Below are positions 49,448 through 62,688 of a DNA stretch of 64,000 nt, piece after piece. The notes under the pieces were generated by a model. That model did not search any database. It was not told where the DNA came from and saw only the letters and a list, made by a program, of their open reading frames with translations. Source of the DNA: Ramazzottius varieornatus. Lineage: Eukaryota > Animalia > Tardigrada. Location of the stretch: assembly GCA_001949185.1 (NCBI GenBank), contig BDGG01000001.1, positions 1,168,652 through 1,232,651 on the forward strand, read 5' to 3'. The translations under genes were made by a program, and so were the position numbers. The first letter of the stretch is position 1; each line of letters opens with the position of its first letter.

Positions 49448-51626
49448 ATGTTGAAGGCTGTGCTGTGCTTGGCGGCCCTGGTGGCTTGTGCCAGTGCCCA
49501 GTGCGCACCCAACGGAGCCATGGATGTCGAGGTGCCTGCAGGAGGCAAGGCCTACATTCAGTCGCCCAACTTCGGCAACGGCGACTATCCCAACAACGCC
49601 AACTGCCAATGGAACGTCAACTCCCCCAACTCTGCCAAGCTGGCTATCGAGGTCAATTCTGTCGCTTTCTCGCTAGAGGGTGTCAGCTGCGGCTTCGACT
49701 ACGTATCCATCTTTCAAGTGAACTCTAATGGAGCCGATGTTCTACTGGGCAAGTTCTGCGGTGAAGCTGGTCCGCAGGGACTGGTGGCCAGCAGCACCCG
49801 AGTGGTACGTGACCTTTCGCCACTGCCTCTCACCAATAGTTATTCCCATCAGATACAGACCGCCATAAGTTAATATCCACTTGGCTTTCAGAAAGTTGTG
49901 TTCCGCACTGACTCTTCCATTACCAAGCGTGGATTCAACATCAGTTTCTCAGGTAAACAGCTTCTCAGGCTGCAGCCAAATCGGAAAGCCAAGAGACGGC
50001 GCTTAATGTGCTAATGCCTTGCACTACAGATCCCTTCTGCAACCCTGGCTCCAACTTGTGCTCAGGAAGCGACTCTGTCTGCATCCGCCCTGACCAATAT
50101 TGCGATGGTATGACGTTAACGTTGGGCCGGTACAATTATGTTGTCCTGTCTTACCTTGTCGCCATCCGTAAGACGCTGGACAAATGAATGCCTTCATTCT
50201 TCCGTTGTCTTCTTGCAGAAACCGAAGACTGTCCTGATGGCTCGGACGAAGGTCCAGGCTGCTCTGGCGAGTGTGGTACCACCACTATCCCACCCAAGGA
50301 AGACAAGAATGCACGAGCTTTCCGCAGTCTCGTTGCCCACCGCGCCATGGGAGCTGGGAACCGTATCGTTGGTGGTGTTGAAGCCGAACCTCACTCGCTG
50401 CCTTGGCAGGTTGCCATGTTGTCCTCATCCGGCTCGCAGCTTTGCGGAGGTTCGATCGTAAGTCATCTTTGAACGTACGCTGATGAGATACCGCATTGTT
50501 TGAAATAACAGACATTGGACTGTTATTACGGAATCCTTCCATCTAAAATATTATCAATGACGTTGCATAAGTCAGCTCAAGAATTGCAGTAACACTCCGT
50601 GCTGGAAGACATAGCGTTTCTGACTACGGCAATGGGCTGTACACATAAATGTGAATTTTGACCGTTACTTGCAGATCAACAGTCAATGGGTGATGACAGC
50701 TGCCCATTGTTGCAAGGCTTATGCCCCGACTGCAGCCAACTACAAAGTCCGCGTCGGAGCCCACGTCTGGAGCGCCACCAACGAGCCTTACGCCAAGACG
50801 TACACTTTGGAGAAGCTCTTCGTCCACCCTAGCTACCAACGACCCAAAACCTATTCCAACGATTTCTGCCTTTTGAAAGTCAACGGTGTACGTATTCCTT
50901 CTTGTTTTATAACGATGCCATCACTCAGCAGCGAGGTTGCTTTTATGCCTTTGCTGTGGTCTTTCTAGATCTTCGACTTTGGCGTCCACGTTGGCGCTAT
51001 CTGCCTTGCGGATGACGATGACTGCGCAGCGGGAACTGCTGCCATGGTCAGCGGTTGGGGTAAGTATACCCGTCAGTCACTTTACAGACAAGGCTGTCCA
51101 CCACGGAAACGAAACATTTCGACATTACAGGAAACGTCAACCCTGCCCGTATGGGAGATCAGATCAACAACTTTGACCAATTCGTCAAAAACATTAAGGA
51201 TGCCGAAGCCGGTCTCTTGGCCAAGGATGACGATCCGAACTACAACCAGGATGCTCGCGTCTCCACCCTCCGTCAGGTCTACGTTGATGTTGTCCCGCAA
51301 GCCAACTGCTCGACGGCTTACCCTGGCTCCATCAGTGACGATATGATTTGTGGTGCTCGCCCTGGTAAGGACAGCTGCCAAGGAGACTCTGGTGGCCCAT
51401 TCGTCCAGAAGAACGCCGAGGGCATCTGGAAGTTGTGCGGTGTTGTCTCTTGGGGACGGTACGTTATCTTAACCGTCCTTGCCATGGTCAGTGTTCGGCG
51501 ACTGTCGCCTAAACTAGCCACGTGTCTTTCTTTTGCAGTGGTTGCGCTCAGGCCCGCTACCCCGGAGTGTACGCCAGAGTTGCTACCGCCACCGAATGGA
51601 TCTTGCAAACTATTCTTTCCAACTAA
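49448..51626 (+). CDS. Secreted CUB-LDLa-trypsin-like serine protease, copy 1
   Basis: Eight exons. Signal peptide; CUB (IQSPNF...[32 protein letters not shown]); LDLa ([18 protein letters not shown]); RIVGG activation site; catalytic TAAHC, NDFCLL, GDSGGP; S1 Asp (KDSCQ); YPGVYARV. Confidence 0.95.
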
Positions 51627-51928
51627 ACATTCAGCTGCTTACTGTACTGCATGTTCAAGCTCGTATCAAAGCTTTGGCGGTATGCGCCAGAATTTCCTTA
51701 TTGGCTTTCATGTTGACTAATTTTCTCGTGACCGCTTTTTCGCTTTTCTCTGGAACAGGTTCGACCTTTGTATTGTTCTTCCGTGCAAAGTTCAAGTTCG
51801 GTAATCGGTATCATAACAAGCTTCATCAATTCTTTATCAGCACGAAAGGGCAAGCCGGTAAACTGGTTCTCATTACGCAGGATAAACAGTGCAGTATCAA
51901 TAAACAACCTCATAAATACATGAAGTCC

Positions 51929-52952
51929 CTAACGAGATTTGCAGATGGCCAGTATCAGGGTGCCCATTAATACAGCAACGACGACTATCACCCCAACAGT
52001 TACGACGACTATCACCCCAACAGTTACGTGCTTTGCGCTCATAGCGCTACCGGTATCGATATTGGTATCGGCAGGAGCCATCGTGGTTATTACGCTGAAG
52101 TTGGTGGTGATATTGTTCAAAGTGATACTGCCGTTCTCTCTCTCTGCCGTTGTCTCCAAAGAAGTGTATTTAGCCGTTGGGGCAGTTGAGGTAGTGCGAG
52201 GTGGAAAACAGCTTTTTATGCGCAACGTTACAGTCTTTCGTGCTTCATTGGCGAGTTTCAGCATGGTGGCATTGCACGCTGGGAAACGGACGGCGTAGAT
52301 GGTGACACTGTTGGAGGCTCCCAGCAGATGATGTTCACCAGGTATCTCAAACTTCGCACCGGAATTATTTCGATCGTTGGTGTCACAGAACTGTGAAAGT
52401 ACGGCTTCGAGCTTCTCACCGAATGGAAGGTAGGAGTGGTAAACAGGAGCATGGTCTGATGATAAGCTACCGAGTTCGGTACCGGTGGCGGTGTCGGTGA
52501 AACACAGCAGGATTGGATTCGGCTGACATCCAATCATACTCACATCAACCCGCAGGGGAAATTGTGCGCAGTTGATGAAGTAGGGTAAATCTTCTTCGCG
52601 TTTTACCGAGTCTCCCAAATCAATATCTCCAAAACGATCCGAAGATTCTGGAATAAAGTACTGTAGGTCGGTGATGACAGAGCAGCAGAAAACTGCGTTA
52701 TAGACGATGTTATTTAACAGCAGAATACTATCTCATTCTTCCAACACAGTAACAATATCTCATCAAATTACCTGAGGTTGTTCTCAGCCTTCGGTGGAAG
52801 GGGGATGCAAAAACTTCCGACTCTTTTCTCATGGGTTGTAGAGAATCCCTGGACTGCAAAGTTTGATCCGTTGTTGACAAGACTGATGACATCGCTCCTC
52901 TACCGAAGAGAAAAGTCACCATAACGGCAAAAGCCACCGAGACCCACATCAT
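51929..52952 (-). CDS. Uncharacterised type-I membrane protein (299 aa)
   Basis: Exons 52952-52772 and 52647-51929 join in frame. Signal peptide, Cys-containing ectodomain, Thr-rich stalk, TM segment containing a 24-bp tandem duplication (VTVGVIVV x2), very short tail. Confidence 0.75.
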
Positions 52953-53590
52953 GAAGATCAGCTGACAGTCAGCTATGAGTTAGGAGCAACTTGAATGGAA
53001 AAAAGAAGGAAACGAAGGAGGTGTCGGAGAAGTTTTCCGAGATGATCTAGTGTAAATTTGCGTAATTACCGGTAACATCTTACAGCTTTTCAGGTGTTGA
53101 CTTTTTCAAACTGTACACACCTCGGTTTGACTCAACCACCACATGCTGCAGATTACTCATGTCTTAAACAAATTTTGTCTTGAAGGATCAGAAGTCGCCA
53201 GATTATGTTTGTGGGATGTCTGGATAGATAAAACCAAAGTATAACATCGAAGCGCCATTTGGAAAATTGACTCCCAGTTGAATGTGCGACCCCAAGCCTG
53301 TGACGCGCGCTTTCTAAAGTTTTAGACGTTTATGCTCAAGGTTTTGCAAGCTCGTGGAACTTCCAAACAGCGTCTTTGCACCCGGTTTCGCACCCGATCT
53401 TTGCCGCTCGATGCGAAAAACAATAGATCAACCAAGAAAATATTGCTCGCTCTCTATGAATTTACGCGAAGAAAACGTTTTCAGTTAATTCAGAGCAAAA
53501 GTTACTCCAAGTTCTTGTTCTTCAAATATACTCATTTAGCCAATGCAAAAGTACATGTAAATTTGCTTCAACTAAGGTAACACCTAGGTA

Positions 53591-54020
53591 CTGCGATGGT
53601 ATGACGTTAACGTTGGGCCGGTACAATTATGTTGTCCTGTCTTATCTTGTCGCCATCCGTAAGATGCTAGACGAATGCAGCCTTTATTCTTCCGTTGTCT
53701 TCTTGCATATGCTGTCAATATGCTGATGAGATACCGCATTGTTTGAAATAACAGACATTGGACTATTATTACGGAATCCTTCCATCTAAAATATTATCAA
53801 TTACGTTGCATAAGTCAGCTGGAGAATTGCAGTGACTCTCCGTAGGGGAAGATAGCGTTTTTGACTTTGGGCAATACACGGAAATGTGACTTTGACCGTT
53901 ACTTGCAGATCAACAGTAAATGGGTGATGACAGCTGCCCATTGTTGCAAGGCTTATGCCCCGACTGCAGCCAACTACAAAGTCCGCGTCGGAGCCCACGT
54001 CTAGAGCGATACCAACGAGG
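53591..54020 (+). pseudogene. Fragment of the CUB-LDLa-protease gene
   Basis: End of exon 3, intron 3, intron 4 and start of exon 5. Exon 4 is deleted; HVW codon TGG changed to TAG; truncated by unrelated sequence. Confidence 0.85.
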
Positions 54021-54419
54021 AAGCTTACACCTAGAGTTACACCTGGAATTGGTAAGGGAGGGGAAGAGAAACTAACCGTAGTAAGCGGGGATAATTCCCG
54101 TTCTGCCCGCGGGGAATTGTCGCGGTTAACCGTTCTTCCCAGTACGTAGACACGTGTCGAGGCGTTCACGTATATGACGAAGACAGGGAAGTTCGCGCTG
54201 TAGGTCCTCAAGGAGAAGGTTTTGGAAAAATGTTCAACGGAAATCTGGAAAGAAGGAAGGACGGTGGTGTTTTCCCAGCCACAGGATTCATCTTAGTCCC
54301 AAGTCCAGATTATTGCAAGTGGCGATTAATCCCTGCTAATCTAGCGTGATGTCACTACTTCATCAGCGTACTGGACTGCAGCTATTGAGCAATGTTACAG
54401 CTTATAGGAGTGACAGCTT

Positions 54420-54675
54420 ATCGATATTGGTATCGGCAGGAGCCATCGTGGTTATTACGCTGAAGTTGGTGGTGATATTGCTCAAAGTGATACTGCCGTT
54501 CTCTCTCTCTGCCGTTGTCTCCAAAGAAGTGTATTTAGCCGTTGGGGCAGTTGAGGTAGTGCGAGGTGGAAAACAGCTTTTTATGCGCAACGTTACAGTC
54601 TTTCGTGCTTCATTGGCGAGTTTCGCCAATGAATGCGCCAGAATTTCCTCACTGGCCTTCATCTTGAATGACTTT
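54420..54675 (-). pseudogene. Partial duplicate of the membrane-protein gene, joined to a diverged copy of the protease 3' UTR
   Basis: 54420-54624 is nearly identical to 52054-52258; it is followed by TGCGCCAGAATTTCCT..., similar to 51682 onward. Confidence 0.85.
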
Positions 54676-55595
54676 TCGAAGGATAATCAGACAACTTTCG
54701 ATCAGCTCCATGTCTCAAATGGCCTGCCAAAAGACACAGAACGACAGTGACGCCGAGTGGGTGGTGCACACACGCGCCGCATGTGCGCGCTGGTGATACT
54801 GCGCATTCTTTTGTCGGGCGGGGCATAATCGTGACGTAGAGTGTCTGAGAAAGCACCATGGCTGCAAGTGGCCGCAAAGACGAAACTGAGACTTCTCTAG
54901 AAAACTTTAGCCGAGTTTCTTCGTCTACTCGACAATATCAGTTCTTTGTGATATTTCTTTCGTTTTGTTTGAACGGTTTCGTGAGCCAAACGAATGGTTC
55001 TTTCTCAGAAAGATGGCTCGTAAATGCGGAAGATACTGTATCCTTCGGAGTACTGTACTCGCGTAGAGTAAGTCCCGATAAACTGACAAATTAACGGAAG
55101 ACTGACCCAAACAGTCATGAGACCTGATATGAATATTGGAATGCGGTGCCCAATTCTGTTTGCTAAATATTGCTAAATACAGTAAATGCTCAAACCATCT
55201 ACTATCATCTACTTTAATATGATATTACTATATCAGAACATCACTATTTGTACCGTACGTCACAAGCACTCTTTCTATTAGGACGCATATGCCACGTTTG
55301 CGATAACATGCCGACGTCACTTGCGTCAATGGAAAATGAGCTGTTCGGCCGAAGTTTCGTCCAGAAACCAGATTCTGTGTTCGATAACAGTTTCCTCAAT
55401 TTTTCCTGTCTTCTTGATTTCCGCCTGGTGGTTTGGAACATCAGAAAGACGAAGAATCGTCCGGGGATTTAGAACCGACGGCAAAAGTTGAACCATTTTG
55501 AAAATATCAAAGTTCGAGATGACATAATATCCTAACGGAATTAGGTATGTTTGCTATTAAAACGCAGACTCTGTAGAGAAAGTGGTGGCTGTGAC

Positions 55596-56422
55596 GTACA
55601 GGAGGAGTGAGCATGTGTGACCCACTAGTCTCAGACGGCGTGACATGTATCAAGTATGCATTACGTTAACAGAAACACTTTTTATGTAAGATAGACAACA
55701 CTGTTTTCGTTACGTCATAGGCTTTATTTTAATTACGAGTGTCTCATGGTTTTCTATGGATGCGCCGTCTGATACTACTGGGTCCACATTTCCTCACTGG
55801 GTCACACATGCCTACTCCTCCTGTACGTGAATTTTGGGGGAAACGCAGTAATCCGAGCCGAAATCGTTTTCCTTTGCAATTTCTTTCAAACCCATCTTTG
55901 TCTTTGTTTTGCTTGCTTTGATTTCCGCGCGCAAGACATTTTTATTACCTTAATTTTATTTTTTTAATTGTACCTCGTTTGGCAACTTTTTCCTTCACAC
56001 ATTCTCTTCCAACAATGCATACATCGCAATTTCACCATGTACCGGCAAAGCACCACGTACTGAATGATGTTTTGCTTTACCCTTGACAATATCTTTTTCG
56101 TGAAAGTGCACAGAGCATAGAAGGGAACATTCGACATAACTGCAAACTTCGCACCTGTCCATCCATTTCGAATGTACTTCAGCTTCAAGCGGAACAGGAA
56201 ACAGAGACCGCCGCTCCACGGCTCCTCTCCGAAGTTGTAACCGCAGACACCACAAAACATTTTGGATGATGGAATGGAATTCCATAACAACAGTGAGATG
56301 ACACAGATCACGATAAGGACAGCAATCTGTAACATACAAACATCAAGACTCAATAAACCCTTTATCGGAAATTCTGTTCTCAGAAAGCGAGAATATAGCG
56401 AAACAAGAAAATAAGCAACCAC
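55596..56422 (-). mobile_element. Probable piggyBac-like relic
   Basis: Inverted repeat CGTACAGGAGGAGT..GCATGTGTGACCCA (55596-55625 vs 55797-55828); minus-strand Cys-rich tail CMHCWKRMCEGKSC resembling a piggyBac C-terminal zinc ribbon. Confidence 0.4.
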
Positions 56423-57128
56423 ACATTCCCTTCACATCAAAACGTAAAACAACTCATCAAGACCCTTGGTGTCCTTTACTCAAATAATTGAATTTGCGGC
56501 CTATAGGGCGGTAGAACGCACGTGCGTGTACTAACTGTCGGAATTTCTGGATGTCTCTGGCGCTTGATTGGGCGGACATGTATACGTATGTGCGTGTCGC
56601 CCGACGGAGACACTCCGAGACAGGCACGAGCAGGGCCAGTTGAGACTAGTCTTACAGCTGTGTAACATGGTGATATCAGATCAGTGGAAACACCATGTCA
56701 AAAATGATTGGAGGATGGGGAAAGCGCTGTTCAGAGAGTTCAACGTAATATCTCCAACATTATTGGATTGACTTTGCTCCATATGGGCTCATTTAATAGA
56801 GAAAATTTACTCCATTCATAAGATGTAAAGCGAGCAATCGATAAGCGGTGGAAAGCTGAGAAAGGAGTCTTGGGAAGAAGGACGCTCGAGTCCCATGTTA
56901 AAAAGCCTGCTCAAAAAATAAACCGTGGGCCACAAGAGGCGCTGGTGTCGTTCTCATGATATGGTGGTGCTGTGCGTCATCAGTCTGGTTTTCACAAATT
57001 CGTGAGTCTCATATGTCTGTTTGGCCAGGCATAGGTGTTCCTTGACGTATTTCCGGTGCAGCGAGGCCAAATTTTACAAAGATCATTTGTGAACTTCTGT
57101 GACACTTCTCTCAGGGACTCCCTTCAAC

Positions 57129-57640
57129 ATGGCTTCCAGGAAACTCAAGACCGCTGGTCAGGTTAACAAAGAGCTGATGGTGGAAGCGGCCATCAAGGCT
57201 GTCAAGGAAAGAGGACTCAGCGAGAACGCAGCTGCGGTGGAGTTTGGAGTTTGCCGAATGACGATGCGCCGTCGGATAGAAAATCCAAATCCTGAACCTC
57301 ACGGTGGGAAAACGAAATTTCCTCAATGGGCAGAAGACATCTTGGCAAGTTTTCTTCTCAACTGCAGTGGTATGGGAGTCCCATTGAACCGATACCATTG
57401 CGTCCAGTTGTTTTCGGAGCTGGCTACTGAGATTGGTGAGTGAATGAAATTATTGCTGGATAGTTACCAAATGGGATTCCCAATACGAGTATTATTCCCA
57501 GGATTACAAGCGGTGTTGTTCTGATTTCCAGGCATCACGAAAACGTCGTTCGAGGATCACAAGTTTTTCTCGCGGTTCTTGTCAAGACATAAGGAGCTGT
57601 CAATGCGGATTACCCATGCGACAAACCGCAAAAAAGACCG
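57129..57640 (+). mobile_element. pogo/Tigger-type transposase N-terminal fragment (psq-type HTH + CENP-B HTH), DDE domain missing
   Basis: VEAAIKAVKERGLSENAAAVEFGVCRMTMRRRI...EDILASFLLNCSGMGVPL; in-frame intron 57436-57531; then KFFSRFLSRHKELSMR. Confidence 0.75.
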
Positions 57641-59293
57641 TTCGAGCATTCAACCTCCCAGACTAGTCTCAACTTGCCCTGGTACGAGGCTCACAGTTTT
57701 GTTTCGCGAATAACGTGCGGTGCATCGCTGTACGCGCGAAGTTCAACCGCGGTCCCGATATTTTTCCCTACCGACCCTAAGGGATGTTTCGCGTGCATGA
57801 CGACGTACGCGGAAGGCTTCAGGAAACATTACAATACCTGTTTCCATCAGCGCATCCGTGTTGAGCACAACATGTTATGAGCTAAACATCCAACATTCAT
57901 TCCACGCTTATGGAACGATAGGCTCACGTCGCTTTAAAACAAGATATTTCGGGAATATTCAGATCTCAAAGATGAACCACAACAATTGAAATAGTTTCAA
58001 TTGCTGATGCGAGCTGAATTCCGATTAATCGTAATTGCTAATTCAGTTGAGCCAAGTCCCAGATAACTGAAATTGCCGCCGCCCGAAGGATTCTGATTGA
58101 TCTTAAGGCTAAGGATATTTGCCCTCTCCTTTTGGGTGCAAATAGTCAACGACTATTTACACCACCCACGTCGGCCATTTACTTTTGCCCAACTGCGACA
58201 GCTCTTCAAAAGTTGACATCGTTGTATGTGGCGCAGCTGTCCATGCATCACTCAGTGTACCGTGCGGCATTGCAAAACACGCTTCTGCGCAGCGAGCTTG
58301 ACACTTGAAAGATCACGCAAACCTGGGCTTCCGAAGTACAAGGGGATAGGGGATTGATCACCGTCACACTTTTCAACTGACTGAAATCTGGAAGCGTGAT
58401 CAGATCGGACCAGTCACTATATCTATGCTCTGTATTTGAGTGGATGCCCATGGAAAATGGACACTCAGCCAAAACGTGACGTCACGATGAGCCAGAGCTG
58501 ATTGATTCAGTAGTGCCGAAACACCAGCTGTTTCCGATCTGCTGAGTAGAGAGTTACGCCAATCGATTCACCCTAAACCTCAAATCAATACGATAGAAAG
58601 ATAGAGAAGAATTGTCTGTATGAACCAAGATAGACTGCGTCGGCGGAAGAAATTCTGGACGCCGCTACAAAGTTCGGGAGTACGGGAAAAATTCCCTTAC
58701 AGTCCGTCCTGACGACCTATTCAGAACGCTGTGACGTAACTGACTTTAGTTTAGTTTTTGACTGACAGCAAGACGATGCTGATTAGTGTGGTATATGTGT
58801 GGGACTCCGCGTAGTTTTTCACTTTGCTTAAGCGCGTGATAGTGAGCAGACATAAGCAGCTTCAAATAAGTCCAGCTGTCCACAGCGTTGCAATCAGAAG
58901 TTTGAATGAAAGAGCACTATTCGTGACTCTTGCAGACTCGTACGGCACAGTACAATTGTTCCCGTGTTCCCGATTTTTGTGGTGGTGCTGAGGAATTTCT
59001 TCGCCGATACGACCTATCTCGATTTCAAGAGAAAACCCTTTTTCCATCTTTCTGTTGTATTGATTTTGAGATCAGAGTGAGCCGATTGGCGTAAATTCCT
59101 TGCGAGTGCTAACCAAAACAGCATAGTTGAGCAGACTAGTGGGGATGGGGGTAACGAGAGAGCAGAACAGAATTCCGCTCTTTTTACATTTGTGGCCAGT
59201 GAATGACAAGTTCTCAGTTTCGACCGGCACCACGCCATCCATACACTTCTCGATTAGAATGCGCCACCTAGCAAGTCGGAGTGCCAGACGTTT

Positions 59294-59561
59294 TGTGACG
59301 GCTACAGCCTCGCTGCCGGCCACCACAACTCATTAGACAGGAGTTCCTCCTGTCAGTCTAGCCTAGCTCTCGAGAACTCTTCCCTAAACCAGGAAGACTT
59401 CTCCAGGCTCAAACCTAACGCTCAAACATCACCGACAGATATTTAATCGACGAAGGCAAAGCAGGCAAACTTAATGGTAAGCTGAGAAAGGTTGGACCAA
59501 ACAACCAGTCCGGCCACTCAAGTTATCCTGAACCGCCCAGCATCTCCGGCTGCTCCTCACA
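59294..59561 (+). repeat. Dispersed repeat, copy 2 (copy 1 at 7614-7946)
   Basis: Direct similarity to 7614-7946 with an internal deletion. Confidence 0.85.
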
Positions 59562-59880
59562 GTTTCCATGTTTGCACCGACCAATGGCCGCACGTATGTC
59601 GCAGCATATAGCAGTTCGAAACTTTTCACCAGTGTGCTAGCTTTGTTCCGAATTTCAGAAAAAGCATTATGCCGGGTGTTGAGTAAAAGCGTAATTTGTC
59701 GACTCAACATAAACTCGGGCCAAAAAGGAAAATGGTGCTCAAAATCGACAGAAGGCTACTGAGCACCTTCCGTCTCTTGTAATTAAAAGAGACTGAGACT
59801 TTAAAAGCAGACAAAAAAGGTCTGAAGTTACAGGAAGGAAGTCCGAGAAGATGGGGTAACAAGAACCTTTCGCAAACGTT

Positions 59881-60230
59881 TTAGGCGCGCCGGGCAACCA
59901 AAACCTCGGTGTGGCAGACGTGCCCTTTGCTGTTGCAGCCGTCAGGAATGATCCATGTCTCGTCCATGGTGATGATTTTACTGACCTTATCTCCTCTCAC
60001 GTACTCAGTAGCAAATCTCCCGCGCTCGTACCTCTGACTTTTCTGCGCCTCTGTTAAGTGGTGAAGTTTCATCCTCTTGCGCACCTTCAGGCCAAGATTT
60101 GGTTAATGATTCTGCTTACCGAATTGAGGAAACCTCGTAGCTTACGAGCCATTTTATTGCTGGGAGCCAGGAATCTTTTCAGGACAGTTTACTTGAGTTT
60201 CTTGATGCTGTCCTTCGATTGAACTGTAGG
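59881..60230 (-). mobile_element. Tc1/mariner transposase relic
   Basis: KVRKRMKLHHLTEAQKSQR...IITMDETW (first catalytic Asp motif); frameshifted HTH upstream; truncated. Confidence 0.75.
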
Positions 60231-60428
60231 AAGACACCCCGGAGGCAGGCGTTTTGCATGCTTGATCCTTCCATTCTTCGCTGCTTAGGTTTTCCTCAGT
60301 ATCCTGTCAACCGTACCTATAGTGCATTTCTGCGCTTAGTCTGGGACCGCCACCCACAACCGGCGGTGCGTGCCCGCGGTGCACCGCGTCGAATAAGAAC
60401 TGTCACTGGGCAAAACTGTTGAATACAA

Positions 60429-60500
60429 GACCACTGCAGCGCACTGCAGAAGACCACTGCAGCGCACTGCAGAAGACCACTGCGCTGCAGTGGTCTTCTG
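60429..60500. repeat. Short tandem/palindromic repeat (21-bp unit AGACCACTGCAGCGCACTGCAGA)
   Basis: Two full units plus a third ending in the hairpin AGAAGACCACTGC-GCT-GCAGTGGTCTTCT. Confidence 0.7.
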
Positions 60501-61045
60501 GTACACGAGCCAACTTCACATTAAGGATGTCCATTCCGTTTTCCGTTCCGTTCCTAACTCCGCCTGGAAAATAGGAATCCCGTTCCAGGAAACAAGGTAG
60601 GCGGAACGGGCATCCTTTCTTCACTTTGTATGCGCTGCAGATCGAGCCACACTGCAGCTACCCTTCTGCGTTACAAGAATTTACGAACATTATTTTTATC
60701 AAATTCATTAAAAGCACCCTGGATCATTTCAGGACACCTTTTTCACGTTGCGCAAGGCGCCATGATCTTCTGGGGTGGAAAGGTGGAAATCCTATATCCA
60801 AGGAGCTGTAAGATGGAAAAAAGGCACCACAAGGCACCACTAGTGCAGGTTTGGACCACACATCGGTTAGATACAATTTTTTCAAGATCGGTGCAAATAG
60901 CTGACAGCTGCTTAACTTCGTTGATGGTAATTGCAATTTTACAATCGAAAACGTCGTACTGGAGCAATACTGCCCAGTGCTTTACCCTATCTTTGCTAAA
61001 ACCGGTAAAACGCCGTGAAGTTTGTTTCTAGTGCATTGAGTTTAA

Positions 61046-61897
61046 TACTAGGTGCAAAAGTATGACTTGCAACCTTGTTCTGGACATCAACTCAGAAAAA
61101 TCATATCTCTCTAGACTCTCTTTTTCGGGACGAGCGTTTGCCTCCAAATCTTTTGCACTGCGATGCATCGTCATTCAACTTTTGAATATTGCTGAATAAT
61201 CAAACCGTCAATGGTAGTCGTGCGTAAAACTGGCCGTTTTGTGGAAAACGTGGCACTCTCGGTAAAACAATTTTCTCAAACGTCCAGATTCTTTCAGAAA
61301 TGCTGTTATGTGTTCGTATCATACACTGATAACGAGTCGAAATCCGGACGTGAAACCAGAAACCCAATTCTACGTTCCACGAGCTGGAAGATCGACTTCG
61401 GCCGAACATAGAGCCCACCCTGTCGTATCTGCTGAGCAGCCCACCGAGAGCGTACGAAAAGTTCATGTGGCCGGAAAAATCTATTTCTCGCCACCCCGCT
61501 AAAGTGGCGCATCTTGCAGGTCGTCTTTGAACCCGGAAAACAGGAACTTCATGCTTGTCCAATTGCAGCAGTCGCAGTGAGATTACTTCTGACTGCTATC
61601 ATGAAGACTTAACCGTCTTCTTATGAATGGGATGACTGGCATTAAAATCTGTTGAGCCAGGGCGCGGAGAAAAAAATTCAGAAGAGCAGGAAAAAGTCTT
61701 CCTCTTGCGTTTTCAAACTCAACGTTCTCTGCCTGTTGTTGAAGCACAGGGCTAATCGTTGCTGCAGAAAAAAGAAGAATGTTGGTGGACAACATATGGC
61801 ACAGGGAAGAAAAGATAGCACATCGGCCAAATTTACAGGATCATTTTGGAGATTATTGCCCGAAAAGTTGCAAGTCATACTTCCGCACCTGATAGTA
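61046..61897. mobile_element. Tc1/mariner-type non-autonomous element (~850 bp, TA-flanked)
   Basis: TIRs TACTAGGTGCAAAAGTATGACTTGCAAC / GTTGCAAGTCATACTTCCGCACCTGATAGTA; the paralogous site near 48675 lacks it. Confidence 0.85.
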
Positions 61898-62688
61898 ATG
61901 ACAGCGATAGCACGTATCTCGGATCGCTTGAGCCCAAGCACACTCGTTCCCCTACCGTTCGATCACGCGTAGATTTGAGAGCCTCGACTCCGAGTAGGGT
62001 CGTACATCGCTCATCCGGAACATACTGCAGTCTTCGTTATAAAGAGAGCTCAAGAACAGGATACATTAGCTCAGCCACCAGTCTAGGAGTGTCCGACATG
62101 GATGCAGCCAGAGAAGTTGGTTAACTGTTTTCTCCCAAGAGTACTGAGCTGCTGCCTCGAAGAACTCATTATCGTGGGCGTTTTCGTGTCGTTTTCGTGT
62201 CGTTTTCGTTGATCATTGTCGTAAACCTGAACAGTTTTTCGTCTATGTAAAATCTCGCTGGCGCAATTTCAATTTGAATGTTAACTGCAAGGTTTGCGTC
62301 GAAACCAGCGACCCAGCCGGAATTCCTTAATTCATATCTCCACCCGAAACTCTTGGTACACTCTATCTGCTCAAGTCGTATGACCCTACCTTTATAAATT
62401 ACACAAGTACATCCTTATCAGACAAGACTTTCCCCCGCTTCCTACTGCCAAACAATAGGACAACAGCTCATATCACCAAGAACCAGCCTGCGCGCTGCAC
62501 CACTGTCACGATCACGAGCGCAACGCAGATGACAAAAAGATACCTTTGGCGGCGTCAGCCGTCAGGATGAGCTAGCTATATAATGCTAACATTTCGTCCC
62601 TATGATACCCGCGGTCCTTTTCACATACCCTCACAATCCATCCTCCCTTTTCGCTTTTCCCAGTTGAAGTGCTACTCTACCAGGAAAA

